NCBI GenBank assembly: GCA_964016885.1
Contig: OZ024740.1
Coordinates: 421,352,001-421,416,000, forward strand
Direction: 5' to 3'
DNA from: Eledone cirrhosa
Taxonomy: Eukaryota
DNA length: 64,000 bases
The notes below the pieces were generated by a model. It did not search any database. It saw only the letters and a list, made by a program, of their open reading frames with translations, and was not told where the DNA came from. Every line of letters begins with the position of its first letter. Positions within the stretch are counted from its first letter, which is position 1. The position numbers and the translations under genes were made by a program. This document shows positions 32,901 to 47,100 of the stretch, in pieces.

Positions 32901-34483
32901 ACAATACTATATATCTCACCTGTCACAATATTACATATCTCACCTGTCACAATATTATATGTTTCATCTGTCACAATACTATACATCTCACTTGTCACAA
33001 TACTACATATCTCACATGTCACAATATTATATATCTCATCTGTCACAATACTATATATCTCACCTGTCACAATATTACATATCTCACCTGTCACAATACT
33101 ATATATCTCCCCTGTCACAATAATATATATCTCACCTGTCACAATATTATATATCTCATCTGTCACAATACTATATATCTCACCTGTCACAATATTACAT
33201 ATCTCACCTGTCACAATACTACATATCTCACCTGTCACAATGCTACATATATCACCTGTCACAATATTACATATCTCAACTGTCACAATATTTAATATCT
33301 CACGTGTCACAATACTACATATCTCAGCTGTCACAATATTACATATCTCACCCGTCACAATACTATATATCTCACCTGTCACAATACTATATATCTCACC
33401 TATTACAATACTATATATCTCACCTGTCACAATATTATATATCTCAGCTGTCACAATATTACATATCTCACCTGTTACAATACTATATATCTCACCTGTC
33501 ACTACTATTTATCTCACCTGTCACAATACTACATATCCCACCTGTCATAATATTACATATCTCACCTGTCACAATACTACATATCTCACCTGTCACAATA
33601 CTACATATCTCACCTCTCACAATATTACATATCTCACCTGTCACAATACTACATATCTCACCTGTCACAATATTACATATCTCACCTGTCCCAATACTAC
33701 ATATCTCAGCTGTCACAATATTACATATCTCACCTGTCACAATACTATATATCTCACCCGTCACAATACTATATATCTCACCTGTCACAATATTACATAT
33801 CTCACCTGTCACAATATTATATATCTCATCTGTCACAATACTATATATCTCAGCTGTCACAATATTACATATCTCACCTGTCACAATACTATATATATCC
33901 CCTGTCACAAAAATATATATCTCACCTCTCACAATATTATATATCTCATCTGTCACAATACTATATATCTCACCTGTCACAATATTACATATCTCACCTG
34001 TCACAATACTACATATCTCACCTGTCACAATGCTACATATCTCACCTGTCACAATATTACATATCTCATCTGTCACAATATTATATATCTCATTTGTCAC
34101 AATATTACATATCTCACTGGTCAGAATACTACATATCTCACCAGTCACAATACTATATATCTCACCTGTCACAATACTATACATCTCACCTGTTACAATA
34201 CTATATATCTCACCTGTCACAATACTACATATCTCACCTGTCACAATATTACATATCTCACCTGTCACAAAACTACATATCTCAACTGTCACAATACTAT
34301 ATATCTCACCTGTCACAATATTACATATCTCAACTGTCACAATATTAAATATCTCACGTGTCACAATACTACATACCTCAGCTGTCACAATATTACATAT
34401 CTCACCTGTCACAATACTACATATCTCACCTGTCACGATACTACATATCTCACATGTTACAATACTATATATCTCACCTGTAA

Positions 34484-36480
34484 CAATACTATATATCTCA
34501 CCTGTCACAATACTACATATCTCACCTGTCACAATATTACATATCTCACCTGTCACAATACTATATATCTCACCTGTCACAATACTATATATCTCACCCA
34601 TCACAATACTACATATCTCAGCTGTCACAATATTACATATCTCACCTGTCACAATACTATATATCTCACCTGTCACAATAATATATATCTCACCCATCAC
34701 AATACTACATATCTCAGCTGTCACAATATTACATATCTCACCTGTCACAATACTATATATCTCACCCGTCACAATACTATATATCTCACCTGTCATCATA
34801 CTACATATCTCACCTGTAACAATATTACATATCTCACCTGTCACAATACTATATTGCTCACCTGTCACAATACTACATATCTCACCTGTCACAATACTAC
34901 ATATCTCACCTCTCACAATATTACATATCTCACCTGTCACAATACTACATATCTCACCTGTCACAATACTACATATCTCACCTGTCACAATACTACATAT
35001 CTCACCTGTCACGATATTATATATCTCACCTGTCACAATATTACATATCTCAACTGTCACAATATTAAATATCTCACGTGTCACAATACTACATACCTCA
35101 GCTGTCACAATATTACATATCTCACCTGTCACAATACTACATATCTCACCTGTCACGATACTACATATCTCACATGTTACAATACTATATATCTCACCTG
35201 TCACAATACTATATATCTCACCTGTCAGAATACTACATATCTCACCTGTCACAATATTACATATCTCACCTGTCACAATACTATATATCTCACCTGTCAC
35301 AATACTATATATCTCACCCATCACAATACTATATATCTCACCTGTCACAATATTACATATCTCACCTGTCACAATATTATATATTTCATCTGTCACAATA
35401 CTATACATCTAACTTGTCACAATACTACATATCTCACCTGTCACAATATTATATATCTCATCTGTCACAATACTATATATCTCACCTGTCACAATACTAC
35501 ATATCTCACCTGTCACAATATTACATATCTCACCTGTCACAATACTATATATCTCACCTGTCACAATACTATATATCTCACCCATCACAATACTACATAT
35601 CTCAGCTGTCACAATATTACATATCTCACCTGTCACAATACTATATATCTCACCTGTCACAATAATATATATCTCACCCATCACAATACTACATATCTCA
35701 GCTGTCACAATATTACATATCTCACCTGTCACAATACTATATATATCACCCGTCACAATACTATATATCTCACCTGTCATCATACTACATATCTCACCTG
35801 TCACAATATTACATATCTCACCTGTCACAATACTATATTGCTCACCTGTCACAATACTACATATCTCACCTGTCACAATACTACATATCTCACCTCTCAC
35901 AATATTACATATCTCACCTGTCACAATACTACATATCTCACCTGTCACAATACTACATATCTCACCTGTCACAATACTACATATCTCACCTGTCACAATA
36001 TTATATATCTCACCTGTCACAATATTACATATCTCAACTGTCACAATATTAAATATCTCACGTGTCACAATACTACATACCTCAGCTGTCACAATATTAC
36101 ATATCTCACCTGTCACAATACTACATATCTCACCTGTCACGATACTACATATCTCACATGTTACAATACTATATATCTCACCTGTCACAATACTATATAT
36201 CTCACCTGTCAGAATACTACATATCTCACCTGTCACAATATTACATATCTCACCTGTCACAATACTATATATCTCACCTGTCACAATACTATATATCTCA
36301 CCCATCACAATACTATATATCTCACCTGTCACAATATTACATATCTCACCTGTCACAATATTATATATTTCATCTGTCACAATACTATACATCTAACTTG
36401 TCACAATACTACATATCTCACCTGTCACAATATTATATATCTCATCTGTCACAATACTATATATCTCACCTGTCACAATA
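34484..36480. repeat. 984-bp tandem duplication (third macro-unit)
   Basis: ORF ends 35409/36393 and starts 35078/36062. Confidence 0.9.
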
Positions 36481-36486
36481 TTACAT

Positions 36487-39077
36487 ATCTCACCTGTCAC
36501 AATACTATATATCTCCCCTGTCACAATAATATATATCTCACCTGTCACAATATTATATATCTCATCTGTCACAATACTATATATCTCACCTGTCACAATA
36601 TTACATATCTCACCTGTCACAATACTACATATCTCACCTGTCACAATGCTACATATCTCACCTGTCACAATATTACATATCTCAACTGTCACAATATTTA
36701 ATATCTCACGTGTCACAATACTACATACCTCAGCTGTCACAATATTACATATCTCACTTGTCACAATACTACATATCTCACCTGTCACAATACTACATAT
36801 CTCACATGTTACAATACTATATATCTCTCCTGTCACAATACTACATATCTCACATGTTACAATACTATATATCTCACCTGTAACAATACTATATATCTCA
36901 CCTGTCACAATACTATATATCTCACCTGTCACAATATTACATATCTCACCTGTCACAATATTATATATTTCATCTGTCACAATACTATACATCTCACTTG
37001 TCACAATACTACATATCTCACCTGTCACAATATTACATATCTCACCTGTCACAATACTACATATCTCACCTCTCACAATATTACATATCTCACCTGTCAC
37101 AATACTACATATCTCAGCTGTCACAATATTACATATCTCACCTGTCACACTATTACATATCTCACCCGTCACAATACTATATATCTCACCTGTCACAATA
37201 CTATATATCTCACCTGTTACAATACTATATATCTCACCTGTCACAATATTATATATCTCACATGTCACAATACTACATATCTCAGCTGTCACAATATTAC
37301 ATATCTCACCTGTTACAATACTATATATCTCACCTGTCACTACTATTTATCTCACCTGTCACAATACTACATATCTCACCTGTCATAATATTACATATCT
37401 CACCTGTCACAATACTACATATCTCACCTGTCATAATATTACATATCTCACCTGTCACAATGTTACATATCTCACCTGTCACAATACTATATTGCTCACC
37501 TGTCACAATACTACATATCTCACCTGTCACAATATTACATATCTCACCTGTCACAATACTACATATCTCAACTCTCACAATATTACATATCTCACCTGTC
37601 AAAATACTACATATCTCACATGTCACAATACTACATATCTCACCTGTCACAATATTAGATATCTCACCTGTCACAATACTACATATCTCACCTGTCACAA
37701 TACTACATATCTCACCTGTCACAATACTATATATCTCACCGGTCCCAATACTACATATCTCACCTCTCACAATATTACATATCTCACCTGTCACAATACT
37801 ATATATCTCCCCTGTCACAATAATATATATCTCACCTGTCACAATATTATATATCTCATCTGTCACAATACTATATATCTCACCTGTCACAATATTACAT
37901 ATCTCACCTGTCACAATACTACATATCTCACCTGTCACAATGCTACATATCTCACCTGTCACAATATTACATATCTCAACTGTCACAATATTTAATATCT
38001 CACGTGTCACAATACTACATACCTCAGCTGTCACAATATTACATATCTCACCTGTCACAATACTACATATCTCACATGTTACAATACTATATATCTCTCC
38101 TGTCACAATACTACATATCTCACATGTTACAATACTATATATCTCACCTGTAACAATACTATATATCTCACCTGTCACAATACTATATATCTCACCTGTC
38201 ACAATATTACATATCTCACCTGTCACAATATTATATATTTCATCTGTCACAATACTATACATCTCACTTTTCACAATACTACATATCTCACCTGTCACAA
38301 TATTACATATCTCACCTGTCACAATACTACATATCTCACCTCTCACAATATTACATATCTCACCTGTCACAAGACTACATATCTCAGCTGTCACAATATT
38401 ACATATCTCACCTGTCACACTATTACATATCTCACCCGTCACAATACTATATATCTCACCTGTCACAATACTATATATCTCACCTGTTACAATACTATAT
38501 ATCTCACCTGTCACAATATTATATATCTCACATGTCACAATACTACATATCTCAGCTGTCACAATATTACATATCTCACCTGTTACAATACTATATATCT
38601 CACCTGTCACTACTATTTATCTCACCTGTCACAATACTACATATCTCACCTGTCATAATATTACATATCTCACCTGTCACAATACTACATATCTCACCTG
38701 TCATAATATTACATATCTCACCTGTCACAATGTTACATATCTCACCTGTCACAATACTATATTGCTCACCTGTCACAATACTACATATCTCACCTGTCAC
38801 AATATTACATATCTCACCTGTCACAATACTACATATCTCAACTCTCACAATATTACATATCTCACCTGTCAAAATACTACATATCTCACATGTCACAATA
38901 CTACATATCTCACCTGTCACAATATTAGATATCTCACCTGTCACAATACTACATATCTCACCTGTCACAATACTACATATCTCACCTGTCACAATACTAT
39001 ATATCTCACCGGTCCCAATACTACATATCTCACCTCTCACAATATTACATATCTCACCTGTCACAATACTATATATC
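36487..39077. repeat. ~1270-bp tandem duplication (third macro-unit)
   Basis: 22-bp monomer at 37334 and 38604. Confidence 0.9.
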
Positions 39078-42000
39078 TCACCTGTCACAATACTATATAT
39101 CTCACCTGTCACAATATTACATATCTCACCTGTCACAATATTATATATCTCATCTGTCACAATACTATATATCTCACCTGTCACAATATTACATATCTCA
39201 CCTGTACCAATACTATATATCTCACCTGTCACAATACTATATATCTCCCCTGTCACAATAATATATATCTCACCTGTTACAATACTACATATCTAACTTG
39301 TCACAATACTATATATCTCGCCTGTCACAATACTATATATCTCACATGTCACAATTCTATATAAGTCACCTGTTACAATACTACATATCTCACCTCTCAC
39401 AATATTACATATCTCACCTGTCACAATACTACATATCTCACCTGTCACAATACTACATATCTCAGCTGCCACAATATTACATATCTCACCTGTCACACTA
39501 TTACATATCTCACCCGTCACAATACTATATATCTCACCTGTCACAATACTATATATCTCACCTGTTACAATACTATATATCTCACCTGTCACAATATTAT
39601 ATATCTCACCTGTCACAATACTACATATCTCACCTGTCACAATACTACATATCTCACCTGTCACAATACTATATATCTCACTTGTCACAACATTATATAT
39701 CTCACCTGTCACAATACTACATATCTTACCTCTCACAATACTATATCTCACCAGTCACAATACTATATATCTCACCTGTCACAATACTATATATCTCAAC
39801 TGTCACAATACTATATATCTCACCTGTCACAATACTATATATCTCACCTGTCACAACATTATATATCTCACCTGTCACAATATTACATATCTCACCTGTC
39901 TCAATACTATATATCTCACCTGTCACAATACTACATGTCTCACCTGTCACAATACTATATATCTCACCTGTCACAACATTATATATCTCACCTGTCACAA
40001 TACTATATATCTGACCTGTCACAATACTACACACCTCACCTGTCACAATATTACATATCTCACCTGTGACAATATTACACATCTCACCTGTGACAATATT
40101 ACATATCTCACCTGTCACAATATTACAGATCTCATCTGTCACAATACTACATACCTCATTTGTCACAATACTCCATCTCTCACCTGTCACAATACTACAT
40201 ATCTCACCTGTCACAATATTATATATCTCACCTGACATAATACTACATATCTCACCTGTCACAATACTACATATCTCACCTGTCACAACACTATATATCT
40301 CACCGGTCCCAATACTACATATCTCACCTGTCACAATATTACATATCTCACCTGTCACAATATTACATATCTCACCTGTCACAATACTACATATCTCACC
40401 TGTTACAATACTATATATCTCACCTGTAACAATACTATATATCTCACCTGTTACAATACTACTATCTCACCTGTCACAATACTACATATCTCACCTGTCA
40501 CAATATTATATATCTCACCTGTCACAATACTATATATCTCACCTGTCACAATACTATATATCTCACCTGTGACAATACTATATATCTCACCTGTCACAAT
40601 ATTATATATCTCACCTGTCACAATACTATATATCTCACCTGTCACAATACTATATATCTCACCCATCACAATACTACATATCTCAGCTGTCACAATATTA
40701 CATATCTCACCTGTCACAATACTATATATCTCACCTGTCACAATACTATATATCTCACCCATCACAATACTACATATCTCAGCTGTCACAATATTACATA
40801 TCTCACCTGTCACAATACTATATATCTCACCCGTCACAATACTATATATCTCACCTGTCATCATACTACATATCTCACCTGTCACAATATTACATATCTC
40901 ACCTGTCACAATACTATATTGCTCACCTGTCACAATACTACATATCTCACCTGTCACAATACTACATATCTCACCTCTCACAATATTACATATCTCACCT
41001 GTCACAATACTACATATCTCACCTGTCACAATACTACATATCTCACCTGTCACAATATTACATATCTCACCTGTCACAATACTACATATCTCACCTGTCA
41101 CAATATTATATATCTCAACAGTCACAATATTACATATCTCACCTGTCACAATACTATATATCTCACCCGTCACAATACTATATATCTCACCTGTCATCAT
41201 ACTACATATCTCACCTGTCACAATATTACATATCTCACCTGTCACAATACTATATATCTCACCCGTCACAATACTATATATCTCACCTGTCACAATATTA
41301 CATATCTCACCTGTCACAATATTATATATCTCATCTGTCACAATACTATATATCTCACCTGTCACAATATTACATATCTCACCTGTCACAATACTATATA
41401 TCTCCCCTGTCACAATAATATATATCTCACCTGTCACAATATTACATATCTCAACTGTCACAATATTAAATATCTCACGTGTCACAATACTACATACCTC
41501 AGCTGTCACAATATTACATATCTCACCTGTCACGATACTACATATCTCACATGTTACAATACTATATATCTCACCTGTAACAATACTATATATCTCACCT
41601 GTCACAATACTATATATCTCACCTGTCAGAATACTACATATCTCACCTGTCACAATATTACATATCTCACCTGTCACAATACTATATATCTCACCTGTCA
41701 CAATACTATATATCTCACCCATCACAATACTATATATCTCACCTGTCACAATATTACATATCTCACCTGTCACAATATTATATGTTTCATCTGTCACAAT
41801 ACTATACATCTCACTTGTCACAATACTACATATCTCACCTGTCACAATATTATATATCTCATCTGTCACAATACTATATATCTCACCTGTCACAATATTA
41901 CATATCTCACCTGTCACAATACTATATATCTCCCCTGTCACAATAATATATATCTCACCTGTCACAATATTATATATCTCATCTGTCACAATACTATATA

Positions 42001-42318
42001 TCTCACCTGTCACAATATTACATATCTCACCTGTCACAATACTACATATCTCACCTGTCACAATGCTACATATCTCACCTGTCACAATATTACATATCTC
42101 AACTGTCACAATATTTAATATCTCACGTGTCACAATACTACATACCTCAGCTGTCACAATATTACATATCTCACCCGTCACAATACTATATATCTCACCT
42201 GTCACAATACTATATATCTCACCTATTACAATACTATATATCTCACCTGTCACAATATTATATATCTCAGCTGTCACAATATTACATATCTCACCTGTTA
42301 CAATACTATATATCTCAC

Positions 42319-45300
42319 CTGTCACTACTATTTATCTCACCTGTCACAATACTACATATCTCACCTGTCATAATATTACATATCTCACCTGTCACAATAC
42401 TACATATCTCACCTGTCATAATATTACATATCTCACCTGTCACAATATTACATATCTCACCTGTCACAATACTATATTGCTCACCTGTCACAATACTACA
42501 TATCTCACCTGTCACAATACTACATATCTCACCTCTCACAATATTACATATCTCACCTGTCACAATACTACATATCTCACCTGTCACAATATTACATATC
42601 TCACCTGTCACAATACTACATATCTCACCTGTCACAATATTATATATCTCACCTGTCACAATACTACATATCTCACCTGTCACAATATTATATATCTCAC
42701 CTGTCACAATACTATATATCTCACCGGTCCCAATACTACATATCTCAGCTGTCACAATATTACATATCTCACCTGTCACAATACTATATATCTCACCCGT
42801 CACAATACTATATATCTCACCTGTCACAATATTATATATCTCACCTGTCACAATATTATATATCTCATCTGTCACAATACTATATATCTCAGCTGTCACA
42901 ATATTACATATCTCACCTGTCACAATACTATATATATCCCCTCTCACAAAAATATATATCTCACCTCTCACAATATTATATATCTCATCTGTCACAATAC
43001 TATATATCTCACCTGTCACAATATTACATATCTCACCTGTCACAATACTACATATCTCACCTGTCACAATGCTACATATCTCACCTGTCACAATATTACA
43101 TATCTCATCTGTCACAATATTATATATCTCATTTGTCACAATATTACATATCTCACTGGTCAGAATACTACATATCTCACCTGTCACAATACTATATATC
43201 TCACCTGTCACAATACTATACATCTCACCTGTTACAATACTATATATCTCACCTGTCACAATACTACATATCTCACCTGTCACAATATTACATATCTCAC
43301 CTGTCACAAAACTACATATCTCAACTGTCACAATACTATATATCTCACCTGTCACAATATTACATATCTCACCTGTCACAAAACTACATATCTCAACTGT
43401 CACAATATTAAATATCTCACGTGTCACAATACTACATACCTCAGCTGTCACAATATTACATGTCTCACCTGTCACAATACTACATATCTCACCTGTCACG
43501 ATACTACATATCTCACATTTTACAATACTATATATCTCACCTGTAACAATACTATATATCTCACCTGTCACAATACTATATATCTCACCTGTCAGAATAC
43601 TACATATCTCACCTGTCACAATATTACATATCTCACCTGTCACAATACTATATATCTCACCTGTCACAATACTATATATCTCACCCATCACAATACTACA
43701 TATCTCAGCTGTCACAATATTACATATCTCACCTGTCACAATACTATATATCTCACCTGTCACAATACTATATATCTCACCCATCACAATACTACATATC
43801 TCAGCTGTCACAATATTACATATCTCACCTGTCACAATACTATATATCTCACCCGTCACAATACTATATATCTCACCTGTCATCATACTACATATCTCAC
43901 CTGTCACAATATTACATATCTCACCTGTCACAATACTATATTGCTCACCTGTCACAATACTACATATCTCACCTGTCACAATACTACATATCTCACCTCT
44001 CACAATATTACATATCTCACCTGTCACAATACTACATATCTCACCTGTCACAATACTACATATCTCACCTGTCACAATATTACATATCTCACCTGTCACA
44101 ATACTACATATCTCACCTGTCACAATATTATATATCTCACCTGTCACAATATTACATATGTCAACTGTCACAATATTAAATATCTCACGTGTCACAATAC
44201 TACATACCTCAGCTGTCACAATATTACATATCTCACCTGTCACAATACTACATATCTCACCTGTCACGATACTACATATCTCACATGTTACAATACTATA
44301 TATCTAACCTGTCACAATACTATATATCTCACCTGTCAGAATACTACATATCTCACCTGTCACAATATTACATATCTCACCTGTCACAATACTATATATC
44401 TCACCTGTCACAATACTATATATCTCACCCATCACAATACTATATATCTCACCTGTCACAATATTACATATCTCACCTGTCACAATATTATATATTTCAT
44501 CTGTCACAATACTATACATCTAACTTGTCACAATACTACATATCTCACCTGTCACAATATTATATATCTCATCTGTCACAATACTATATATCTCACCTGT
44601 CACAATATTACATATCTCACCTGTCACAATACTATATATCTCCCCTGTCACAATAATATATATCTCACCTGTCACAATATTATATATCTCATCTGTCACA
44701 ATACTATATATCTCACCTGTCACAATATTACATATCTCACCTGTCACAATACTACATATCTCACCTGTCACAATGCTACATATCTCACCTGTCACAATAT
44801 TACATATCTCAACTGTCACAATATTTAATATCTCACGTGTCACAATACTACATACCTCAGCTGTCACAATATTACATATCTCACTTGTCACAATACTACA
44901 TATCTCACCTGTCACAATACTACATATCTCACATGTTACAATACTATATATCTCTCCTGTCACAATACTACATATCTCACATGTTACAATACTATATATC
45001 TCACCTGTAACAATACTATATATCTCACCTGTCACAATACTATATATCTCACCTGTCACAATATTACATATCTCACCTGTCACAATATTATATATTTCAT
45101 CTGTCACAATACTATACATCTCACTTGTCACAATACTACATATCTCACCTGTCACAATATTACATATCTCACCTGTCACAATACTACATATCTCACTTCT
45201 CACAATATTACATATCTCACCTGTCACAATACTACATATCTCAGCTGTCACAATATTACATATCTCACCTGTCACAATATTATATATTTCATCTGTCACA

Positions 45301-47100
45301 ATACTATACATCTCACTTGTCACAATACTACATATCTCACCTGTCACACTATTACATATCTCAGCCGTCACAATACTATATATCTCACCTGTCACAATAC
45401 TATATATCTCACCTGTTACAATACTATATATCTCACCTGTCACAATATTATATATCTCACATGTCACAATATTACATATCTCAGCTGTCACAATATTACA
45501 TATCTCACCTGTTACAATACTATATATCTCACCTGTCACTACTATTTATCTCACCTGTCACAATACTACATATCTCACCTGTCATAATATTACATATCTC
45601 ACCTGTCACAATACTACATATCTCACCTGTCATAATATTACATATCTCACCTGTCACAATGTTACATATCTCACCTGTCACAATACTATATTGCTCACCT
45701 GTCACAATACTACATATCTCACCTGTCACAATATTACATATCTCACCTGTCACAATACTACATATCTCAACTCTCACAATATTACATATCTCACCTGTCA
45801 AAATACTACATATCTCACATGTCACAATACTACATATCTCACCTGTCACAATATTAGATATCTCACCTGTCACAATACTACATATCTCACCTGTCACAAT
45901 ACTATATATCTCACCGGTCCCAATACTACATATCTCACCTCTCACAATATTACATATCTCACCTGTCACAATACTATATATCTCACCTGTCACAATACTA
46001 TATATCTCACATGTCACAATTCTATATATGTCACCTGTTACAATACTATATATCTCACCTGTCACAATACTACATATCTCACCTGTCACAATACTATATA
46101 TCTCACTTGTCACAACATTATATATCTCACCTGTCACAATACTACATATCTTACCTCTCACAATACTATATCTCACCAGTCACAATACTATATATCTCAC
46201 CTGTCACAATACTATATATCTCAACTGTCACAATACTATATATCTCACCTGTCACAATACTATATATCTCACCTGTCACAACATTATATATCTCACCTGT
46301 CACAATATTACATATCTCACCTGTCTCAATACTATATATCTCACCTGTCACAATACTACATATCTCACCTGTCACAATACTACATGTCTCACCTGTCACA
46401 ATACTATATATCTCACCTGTCACAACATTATATATCTCACCTGTCACAATACTATATATCTGACCTGTCACAATACTACACACCTCACCTGTCACAATAT
46501 TACATATCTCACCTGTGACAATATTACACATCTCACCTGTCACAATATTACATATCTCACCTGTCACAATATTACAGATCTCATCTGTCACAATACTACA
46601 TACCTCACTTGTCACAATACTCCATCTCTCACCTGTCACAATACTACATATCTCACCTGTCACAATATTATATATCTCACCTGACATAATACTACATATC
46701 TCACCTGTCACAATACTACATATCTCACCTGTCACAACACTATATATCTCACCGGTCCCAATACTACATATCTCACCTGTCACAATATTACATATCTCAC
46801 CTGTCACAATATTACATATCTCACCTGTCACAATACTATATATCTCACCTGTTACAATACTATATATCTCACCTGTAACAATACTATATATCTCACCTGT
46901 TACAATACTACTATCTCACCTGTCACAATACTACATATCTCACCTGTCACAATATTATATATCTCACCTGTCACAATACTATATATCTCACCTGTCACAA
47001 TACTATATATCTCACCTGTGACAATACTATATATCTCACCTGTCACAATATTATATATCTCACCTGTCACAATACTATATATCTCACCTGTCACAATACT
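42319..47100. repeat. Compact version of the macro-unit, with single copies of the 984-bp and 1270-bp blocks
   Basis: Same marker order as 18369-25500, but one TCTAACTTG (~44520) and one TTAGATATC block (~45855). The distance from the 22-bp to the 23-bp monomer is 4578 bp, versus 6952 bp and 7264 bp in the other units. Confidence 0.85.

Larger units (their letters stand above)
27571..42697. repeat. Copy 2 (15,127 bp) of the ~15-kb tandem duplication
   Basis: Starts at CACCCGT 27571 (matches 12564) and ends where the +15127 match fails at ~42700. Carries 5 extra monomers (~33088-33207) relative to copy 1. Confidence 0.93.
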
